Positions 56,875-62,811 of a DNA stretch of 62,811 nucleotides are shown here, one piece after another; the stretch's first letter is position 1; every line of letters begins with the position of its first letter. The notes beneath the pieces were generated by a model. It was not told the DNA's origin. It made no database searches and saw only the letters and a list, made by a program, of their open reading frames with translations. The stretch comes from an uncultured Acidimicrobiales bacterium (GTDB lineage: Bacteria; Actinomycetota; Acidimicrobiia; Acidimicrobiales; SHLQ01): assembly GCA_937969345.1 (NCBI GenBank), contig CALBVK010000037.1:1-62811 (forward strand), in the 5' to 3' direction. A program made the position numbers and the translations under genes.

Positions 56875-57690
56875 ATGGATCACGCCATCGACCACGATCA
56901 ATATCGAATCGCACCCGGCAGCTCACCGAGCGTTCGCGACCTCAGCACCAACGATGACGGTGGGCTCGACAAGGACGAGGTGAAGTCGCTCCAGAAGCAG
57001 CTGAACAAACGTCTCGAGGTCTTGCAAGAGAATCTGTACGCCCACGAGAAGCAGCGGCTTCTCGTCGTCCTTCAGGCAACCGATACTGGCGGCAAGGACG
57101 GCACCATTCGGGCCGTCTTCGATGGCACCAACCCGCAGGGCGTGCACGTTGCGTCGTTCAAGAAGCCAACGTCGCAGGAGCTTGCACACGACTACATGTG
57201 GCGCATTCATCAGCACACTCCGGCGAAGGGGCACATCACCGTGTTCAATCGGAGCCACTACGAAGACGTCCTTATCGTTCGCGTACGAGACCTGGTTCCC
57301 GAAACCGTGTGGCGCAAGCGTTACGAGCACATTCGAAACTTCGAGCAGATGCTGGCCGACGAGGGCACGACGATCATCAAGATCTTTTTGCATATCTCCA
57401 AGGATGAACAGCGCGAGCGACTCCAGGCCCGGATCGACGAGCCGGCAAAGCACTGGAAGTTCGAGCTCGGTGATCTGGAGGAACGAAAGCTGTGGGACGA
57501 CTACCAGGAAGCGTTCGGCGACATGCTCGCAGAGACCTCAACGACAGATGCACCGTGGTACGCCATTCCGGCCGATCGCAAGTGGTATCGCAACCTTGTC
57601 ATCAGTCAGCTCCTCGTCGACACGCTGGAGAAGATCGCTGGAGACACGTTCGAACCCAACCCCGAGCTGACCGGACTAGTAATCGAATAA
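56875..57690 (+). CDS. ppk2: polyphosphate kinase 2 family protein
   Basis: LLVVLQATDTGGKDGTIR (Walker A-like), FNRSHYEDVLIVRV, and a PPK2 lid region. Confidence 0.85.
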   Translation: MDHAIDHDQYRIAPGSSPSVRDLSTNDDGGLDKDEVKSLQKQLNKRLEVLQENLYAHEKQRLLVVLQATDTGGKDGTIRAVFDGTNPQGVHVASFKKPTSQELAHDYMWRIHQHTPAKGHITVFNRSHYEDVLIVRVRDLVPETVWRKRYEHIRNFEQMLADEGTTIIKIFLHISKDEQRERLQARIDEPAKHWKFELGDLEERKLWDDYQEAFGDMLAETSTTDAPWYAIPADRKWYRNLVISQLLVDTLEKIAGDTFEPNPELTGLVIE

Positions 57691-57699
57691 CGCAGGCAA

Positions 57700-58590
57700 T
57701 TAGCCGGCAAAGCTTGGCTCGGGAACACCAGCAACGCCGACATCGAGCGCAATCAGCGCACCGGCTGGCACGCCGGCGCTTCGTTCAGGATCGACCAAAC
57801 CACCGTCGATGCTCGTTACGTACAGCGTCGATAGGTCACGGCCTCCAAAGGCTGGCATCGTCGGCATCGCTAGCGGGACATCGACGATGCGATCGACTGA
57901 ACCATCGGGGGCGATGCGGGTGACTGCCCATCCGTGAACCGATGCCGACCAATAAAACCCTTCGGCATCGAGGCACCCTCCGTCGGGGAGTCCGTGGGCG
58001 TCGTCGTGCTCGCCGTAGTCGAAGAAGACGCGCTTGTTGGTGCGCTCTCCCGAGCCGACGTCATAGTCCCACACCCAGATCGTCGCCTGAAAAGTGTCCG
58101 CCCAGTACATGAGCGAACGTTCGTTGTCGAAGACGAGTCCGTTCGGAATGCCGACTTCGGTTTCGAGTGTCGTGACCGATCCAGATGGTTCGATTGCGTA
58201 CAAGGAGCCGGCGGACTTGCCTTCCTCTGCCTCAGGCCACATGGTGCCAACGACATAGCGTCCGGAGTGATCGCATCGTCCATCGTTGAGACGATTACCT
58301 CTGGCTCCATCCTCAATAGACACAAAGTGCTCGGTCTGTCCGCTCGCCCAGTCGAGCCAAACAGCATCGGTTTCTAATCCGACGATAAGCCGGCCCGGAG
58401 TTGCCGTCGTTGCGAACGAACCGGGACGCCCGTTGAGCAGTCGGCTGGTTGTGGTGTCCGTTGCGGGGTCATAACGATGGATCTGTTTTCCATCGATGTC
58501 CTCCCAATAGAGCGCCTGCTCTGCATCTACCCACACCGGGCACTCCCCTAGCGCCGCAACAACATCTCCCACAACATCGATCTCAACCAT
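57700..58590 (-). CDS. SMP-30/gluconolactonase/LRE-family beta-propeller protein
   Basis: LGECPVWVDAEQALYWEDIDGKQIHRYD, NDGRCDHSGRY, PNGLVFD, PDGGCLD. Confidence 0.85.
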   Translation of the reverse strand: MVEIDVVGDVVAALGECPVWVDAEQALYWEDIDGKQIHRYDPATDTTTSRLLNGRPGSFATTATPGRLIVGLETDAVWLDWASGQTEHFVSIEDGARGNRLNDGRCDHSGRYVVGTMWPEAEEGKSAGSLYAIEPSGSVTTLETEVGIPNGLVFDNERSLMYWADTFQATIWVWDYDVGSGERTNKRVFFDYGEHDDAHGLPDGGCLDAEGFYWSASVHGWAVTRIAPDGSVDRIVDVPLAMPTMPAFGGRDLSTLYVTSIDGGLVDPERSAGVPAGALIALDVGVAGVPEPSFAG

Positions 58591-58621
58591 GTTTGGACGC
58601 TAGCCACAATGGCCCGGACGC

Positions 58622-58660
58622 GCAGAACCAGTGCCTCAGGAGGGAAGGCACTGGTTCTGC
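58622..58660 (-). terminator. 14-bp perfect hairpin downstream of the lipoprotein gene
   Basis: GCAGAACCAGTGCC-N11-GGCACTGGTTCTGC, 33 nt after the stop at 58693. There is no U-tract on the minus strand. Confidence 0.5.
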
Positions 58661-58692
58661 TGTGTTGCGGTGTTGCTGTGTTGCGGTGGGAA

Positions 58693-59814
58693 CTAGTTCA
58701 GGGTGGCTGTCCCGGTTGGGAAGGCCGGTCCAGCCCCGAGCTCGACTCCTACGTGGTCAGCGGTTCCGGCAGGAACCTCTGCGGCTAGTGGCTTGAAGGC
58801 GAACGGCGCTGGGCTGTCGTCATCTTCGGGCTCGATGCTGATCACGATGGTCGAACCGGTCAGATCGGTCGGGAAGTCAAGGCCATCGGGAGCGTTCTGG
58901 ACGAAGTCCTCACCTGGGTAGTTGGGTCCGGTTGCATCGGTGCCGGAGAATCCGTTGAAGTCGTCCGCAGCTGCAGGATCGACGAAGCGACCAGTGCTGA
59001 CGGGCTGTCCGTCGATGACGGCCCAGCCCTCATATACCCAGCCAGCTGGCAGTTCGGGGAGGTCCAAGCCAGTCGTCGCTGCGCCATCGACGATGTCGAT
59101 GAACCATACGCCGGACAGCTCGTCGTCCTCGACGGTAGTTGTTGGCGTTGCGAGCACGAACTGGCCTCCGGCTTCAGAGAAGTCGTTGCCGAGTGCGGCT
59201 GGATGGCCGACCGTCAACTGTGCCACGCCGTCGACCAGGTCGCCTGCGAGTACATGAGCGTCTGCGGGAGCAGGGTCATCTCCTAGGGCTGGTTCGATCG
59301 TGAGGACGTATGCGGTACCTGCAGAGAGGTCGTCCCAGTCAGATCCGGTGTGGTACAGCCGGCTGCCATCAGCCTCGATCGTGAATCGACCGGTGCTGTA
59401 CGGGTTGCCGTCGACGATGACCCAACCTTCGTATACGAAGTCCTCACCGAGGGGCTCAAGACCATCGAACTCGAGCGAGACTTGCTGGGGAGCGCCTTCG
59501 CCATCTTCCATGGCGTCATCTTCCATGGCGTCATCGTCGGCCATCGCCTCGTCTTCCATGGCGTCGTCTTCCATGGCCCCATCGTCGGCCATCGCCTCGT
59601 CTTCCATGGCGTCGTCTTCCATGGCGTCGTCTTCCATGGCCTCGTCTTCCATGGCGTCGTCTTCCATGGCCTCCTCTACCGGTGCGGCGGCATCGGCGGC
59701 TGCGGCATCGACGGAGGCGGAAGTATCGCTGCCACACGCAGCGGCGACCAGTGCGGTAGACAGCAGCAGCGCAGCCATCTTCGTCCGAGAGTTTTCCTTC
59801 TTCGAGCTAAACAT
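58693..59814 (-). CDS. lipoprotein with an (AMEDD/E)n acidic Met-rich repeat and two RskA-C-terminal-like domains
   Basis: Signal and lipobox MAALLLSTALVAAACGSD. About 11 AMED(D/E) pentapeptides. Duplicated YEGWVIVDGNPYSTGRF / YEGWAVIDGQPVSTGRF, each followed by (V/I)xIEP...P(A/F). Confidence 0.75.
   Translation of the reverse strand: MFSSKKENSRTKMAALLLSTALVAAACGSDTSASVDAAAADAAAPVEEAMEDDAMEDEAMEDDAMEDDAMEDEAMADDGAMEDDAMEDEAMADDDAMEDDAMEDGEGAPQQVSLEFDGLEPLGEDFVYEGWVIVDGNPYSTGRFTIEADGSRLYHTGSDWDDLSAGTAYVLTIEPALGDDPAPADAHVLAGDLVDGVAQLTVGHPAALGNDFSEAGGQFVLATPTTTVEDDELSGVWFIDIVDGAATTGLDLPELPAGWVYEGWAVIDGQPVSTGRFVDPAAADDFNGFSGTDATGPNYPGEDFVQNAPDGLDFPTDLTGSTIVISIEPEDDDSPAPFAFKPLAAEVPAGTADHVGVELGAGPAFPTGTATLN
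59500..59676 (-). repeat. 15-nt in-frame tandem repeat (about 11 units) encoding AMED(D/E)
   Basis: The plus strand reads cttccatggcgtcgt repeated with minor variants. Coordinates come from residues 47-105. Confidence 0.85.
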
Positions 59815-59948
59815 GACGGGGGTCCTTTCAAGAACAGCGCCCCCTGTACCTCAGGTGGGCGATCAGTTCGTGATGTAGAGGAAAGCGCCGCTCGCTGCCG
59901 ATCTTTCCCCAAACTCCGTCTGTTCCGAACTCGTTTTGAAGTCGTTTC

Positions 59949-61292
59949 TCAGCCGTTCACCAGCGCGAGGATCGTGTCGGCTGCGAAGTCGATGTCGTTG
60001 GTCGTCGTGGCCCAGCTCGAAATGCTGATTCGCATCACATTTCGCCCCTGCCACTGCGACCCTCCGCACCAGATCACGCCGCTCCGCTGCACGTTGGTGA
60101 GCAGTGCCGACGTGGCGTCGTCGGTATCGAGGCTGACGAGAATCTGGTTGAGGTTGACCTCGTTGTGCACCGTCACTCCGCCATCGCTAAGCCGTTGGGC
60201 CAGGTGCGCAGCGTGGTCGCACATGCGGTCGGTCAGCTCGGCAACGCCGGAGACCCCGAGCGACTTGATGACCGCCCACGCCTCCACTGCCTTTGCCCGT
60301 TGCGACATGTCGATGCCACGGCTTACCGGCTCGATCCGACTCGAATCCGGGAGATACGCAGCGCCGACATGGAAGGTCCGAGCCATGTCCTCGCCCCGGC
60401 GAACGACCGCTACGGCAGAGTCGTAGGTCGTGTTCAGCCACTTGTGCATATCGGTCGCCCAGGAGTGTGCACGTGCGACGTCAGCGACCAAGTGCCTGCG
60501 GCGCGGCGAACTTGCCGCCCATAGCCCAAACGCTCCATCGACATGCATCCAGTAGGGCGACCCATCGAAGTGGTCGGCGATCGCTCCGAAGGGATCGCTC
60601 GCTCCCGAATTCACATTTCCGGCTTGGGCGATCACCAACGTTGGTTCTCCAGCAACCGGAAGCTGCGATGCCTCGAGGCGGCCTTGCTCATCGGCGGGAA
60701 CAACGATCGCGCGGTCTCGACCAAGCCCCACGTATCCGAGTGCCTTGACCACGCTTGAGTGTGCTGCCTCGCTCACCACAACTCGAATCTCGGGAGCTCC
60801 AAAGACACCCTGCGCAACCGAGTCCCAACCAACGTCGGCCAGGAGCTTGTCGCGAGCTACCGCAAGACACAGCGCGTTCGCAGCAGAGGTCCCGGTAACA
60901 AACTGGTGCTGAGAATCTGCAGGCAATCCCAACAACCGAGCGAGCCACGCCCCAGCGACGGTATCGATAACCCCGGCAACGGGCGACATTACCCCCAACG
61001 CGGCGTTCTGATCCCAAGCGGCAGCGAGCCAAGACGCACCGACAGAAACCGGGTGCGCGCCGCCGGTAACAAAGCCGAAGTAGCGGCCGCCACTCGACGC
61101 AACGGTTCCGGGACTACCGATCTCGTCAAGCATGGCGAGCACGTTCGTTGGGTCCATACCCACATCGGGTAGTGCCTCAACAAACCGACTCAGCTGTTCA
61201 ATAGACGTATCGTCGGGAAAGACCGGACCGTCACCGCGCTCACGCAAGTAGGTGATCGAGCGGGCGGCGGCTTCTGCGAGGATTTCGTCCAT
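59949..61292 (-). CDS. pyridoxal-phosphate-dependent (group II-like) decarboxylase
   Basis: GGRYFGFVTGGAHPVSVGASWLAAAWDQNA, HVDGAFGLWA, and the PLP-Lys region TDMHKWLNTTYD. Confidence 0.75.
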   Translation of the reverse strand: MDEILAEAAARSITYLRERGDGPVFPDDTSIEQLSRFVEALPDVGMDPTNVLAMLDEIGSPGTVASSGGRYFGFVTGGAHPVSVGASWLAAAWDQNAALGVMSPVAGVIDTVAGAWLARLLGLPADSQHQFVTGTSAANALCLAVARDKLLADVGWDSVAQGVFGAPEIRVVVSEAAHSSVVKALGYVGLGRDRAIVVPADEQGRLEASQLPVAGEPTLVIAQAGNVNSGASDPFGAIADHFDGSPYWMHVDGAFGLWAASSPRRRHLVADVARAHSWATDMHKWLNTTYDSAVAVVRRGEDMARTFHVGAAYLPDSSRIEPVSRGIDMSQRAKAVEAWAVIKSLGVSGVAELTDRMCDHAAHLAQRLSDGGVTVHNEVNLNQILVSLDTDDATSALLTNVQRSGVIWCGGSQWQGRNVMRISISSWATTTNDIDFAADTILALVNG

Positions 61293-61315
61293 CTAGCGAC
61301 CCTAGCGGTGACGCT

Positions 61316-61735
61316 ATGGTTAGGCCCATGGCCGGAGAGATGGACCTCGCAAAGATGCTCGAATCACTGACGGTGTCCGTCCGCCCCGAACCGTACGTGC
61401 TCGTGGCGCTACCGGCCGAGGAGACGCCACCACCGCTAAGCAATGGGGTTGCTGCAGTTATCGAGGAAGCTGAGGGACCCACCGTCATCGCGACACTGTC
61501 GCGGGCCGCTCACGAGGAATGGCCACACGACTTCGTCGCGTCGTGGCTCACGCTCGATATTCACAGTGCACTGGAGGCCGTTGGCCTCACCGCGACCTTC
61601 TCGCGCCAACTGGGCCGAGCAGGAATCCCGTGCAACGTGATTGCTGGCTTCTACCACGACCACATCCTGGTCCCGGTCGACAAGACCGACGCCGCAGTCG
61701 AGGTCATCGAGGCGCTCGCTAAGCCAGCGCCCTAG
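61316..61735 (+). CDS. ACT-domain-containing protein
   Basis: LTLDIHSALEAVGLTATFSRQLGRAGIPCNVIAGFYHDHILVPVDKTDAAVEVIEAL. The start is uncertain (M1, M5 or M9). Confidence 0.6.
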   Translation: MVRPMAGEMDLAKMLESLTVSVRPEPYVLVALPAEETPPPLSNGVAAVIEEAEGPTVIATLSRAAHEEWPHDFVASWLTLDIHSALEAVGLTATFSRQLGRAGIPCNVIAGFYHDHILVPVDKTDAAVEVIEALAKPAP

Positions 61736-61775
61736 GCCGCTCAGGTAGTTGTACGAAAATGCCGAGGATCTGGGT

Positions 61776-62546
61776 ATGTGGTCAGGGTCTCTCGATCTCG
61801 GGCGAATTTCATTAGCGCAGCTTGGCGCGGCATTACCAACGTTCATCGAACGCCTGGCAGATATCGAGTTTGATTCAGATGGGATTGCACTCGTGAACGG
61901 TCTGTCGTGTCCGGGCCTTCGACTGCTCTCTGGGCAACACCTAGAGGCAATGGCAACGTATGCAATCGTCCTCGCCGAGCAAGACCGCCCTCAGAAGTTG
62001 ACCGTTGCGACAATCGACGAAGCATCCGATGATCGACTTGTCATTGTGTTTACCGAATCGGATAGCCAGCACAGCACCGACCAGCGTTGGGAGCTTCAGG
62101 ACCTCACAGGGGCAGGTCGATTGCGCATCTCCTGCATGCAAAGCACAATGAAGAACGACAACATCAGGTATCTGTTCGACCTCGACGCCGATCTCGTCGG
62201 CCTGCGAAAGGGCACCGGCCCAGATCCGGTCCAGATAACGGCAAGCCTTGGCAAACACCGCTGTTGGATGGCGCTCGGTCCCGAGGTGCATGGACGGGTG
62301 CCGTACCGGGCCGGCCCAACATCCGCCCGCTCCGCTGGGCTGCTCACCAATGCGAAAGCAAAGCTGGAAGGCGGCGTGGTCAAAGTATGGCTTGGGTCAA
62401 TCGCCGCTGTACTACGCCATGCCACCAAGAACGTGGCCGGTGACGCCGAGGAAGTCCTATGGCACCTGACGATCGGCCAGCTCGCACCAAAGTTGGAGCG
62501 ACCAGTTCGCAAGCAACTCGCCAGACTCGCCCCGAGTGCAGCGTAG
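61776..62546 (+). CDS. hypothetical protein (orphan, lower GC)
   Basis: The track starts at TTG 61749. I prefer ATG 61776, which has GAGGA 7 nt upstream. No motif recognised. Two hand-counted 60-nt lines gave 52-57% GC, against about 62% elsewhere. Confidence 0.55.
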   Translation: MWSGSLDLGRISLAQLGAALPTFIERLADIEFDSDGIALVNGLSCPGLRLLSGQHLEAMATYAIVLAEQDRPQKLTVATIDEASDDRLVIVFTESDSQHSTDQRWELQDLTGAGRLRISCMQSTMKNDNIRYLFDLDADLVGLRKGTGPDPVQITASLGKHRCWMALGPEVHGRVPYRAGPTSARSAGLLTNAKAKLEGGVVKVWLGSIAAVLRHATKNVAGDAEEVLWHLTIGQLAPKLERPVRKQLARLAPSAA

Positions 62547-62567
62547 AACAGCGGCAACAAAACGAGA

Positions 62568-62591
62568 ACGAGCCGCCCGAAGGCGGCTCGT
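62568..62591 (-). terminator. intrinsic terminator after atpC (10-bp stem, CGAA loop)
   Basis: ACGAGCCGCC-CGAA-GGCGGCTCGT. On the minus strand it is followed by TCTCGTTTTGTTGCC. It lies between convergent genes. Confidence 0.7.
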
Positions 62592-62612
62592 CTACGAAGT
62601 TACTGATCTGCG

Positions 62613-62811
62613 CTAGGCGGGCAGTTCGCCCGACGCAACACCGAGTCGAATCATGGCACGGCGCAGTGCAGCCTTTGCAGCAGCGTCCTCAGCGTCGGCC
62701 GAAATTGCAGCCTCGGCCGTTGCCTTTGACGCTTGTGCACGAGCGACATCGATGTCTTCTTTGCGTTCGGAAACATCCGAGAGGATCGTCACCTTGTCGC
62801 CGGACATCTGC
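62613..62811 (-). CDS. atpC: F-type ATP synthase epsilon subunit, C-terminal part (the 5' end is outside the window)
   Basis: ...GDKVTILSDVSERKEDIDVARAQASKATAEAAISADAEDAAAKAALRRAMIRLGVA is typical of the helical C-terminal domain of epsilon. The ORF is open to the window edge. Confidence 0.7.
   Translation of the reverse strand, partial: QMSGDKVTILSDVSERKEDIDVARAQASKATAEAAISADAEDAAAKAALRRAMIRLGVASGELPA

Overview
High-GC (hand-counted 60-nt lines are about 62% GC) Actinomycetota-like chromosomal segment with dense, mostly operonic coding. I saw no rRNA, tRNA, CRISPR array, transposase, integrase or phage genes, and no recognisable DNA-binding regulator.

Layout:
- 1-1.8 kb: pyruvate/2-oxoacid dehydrogenase genes (lpd plus a truncated E2).
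- 2-3.7 kb: a degenerate-HD-GYP/GAF/GGDEF diguanylate cyclase.
- 3.7-26.7 kb and 32-49.8 kb: a very large surface-polysaccharide locus. It holds three separate Wzz-fused BY tyrosine kinases, two Wzy/O-antigen-ligase-like proteins and one Wzx-like flippase. It also has about 12 glycosyltransferases, a PglC/PglD/PglF-like amino-sugar module, nucleotide-sugar dehydrogenase and epimerases, a deacetylase, a GNAT and DUF4012. An LPFTG protein and two Pro/Thr-rich beta-helix proteins complete it.
- 26.8-32 kb: a housekeeping insert splits the locus (YfcH-like epimerase, SRPBCC, DUF427, rnhA, aceE).
- 49.8-62.8 kb: hydrolase, small protein, acyl-CoA dehydrogenase, fatty-acid hydroxylase, a membrane HD-GYP protein with an extracellular cadherin and lamin-tail domain, PPK2, SMP-30, a repeat-rich lipoprotein, a PLP decarboxylase, an ACT protein, an orphan gene and the 3' end of atpC.

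Most interesting candidates:
1. A translationally coupled wzc / Wzy-like / PqqD-HprK-like-kinase fusion operon.
2. The HD-GYP-TM-cadherin-LTD protein.
3. A structured leader ending in a strand-specific intrinsic terminator 28 nt before a small ORF.
4. A TAGGTCTTT-type motif recurring upstream of polysaccharide transcription units.
5. Two pairs of long intergenic direct repeats.

All functional calls come from reading motifs in the supplied translations. No database search was run.
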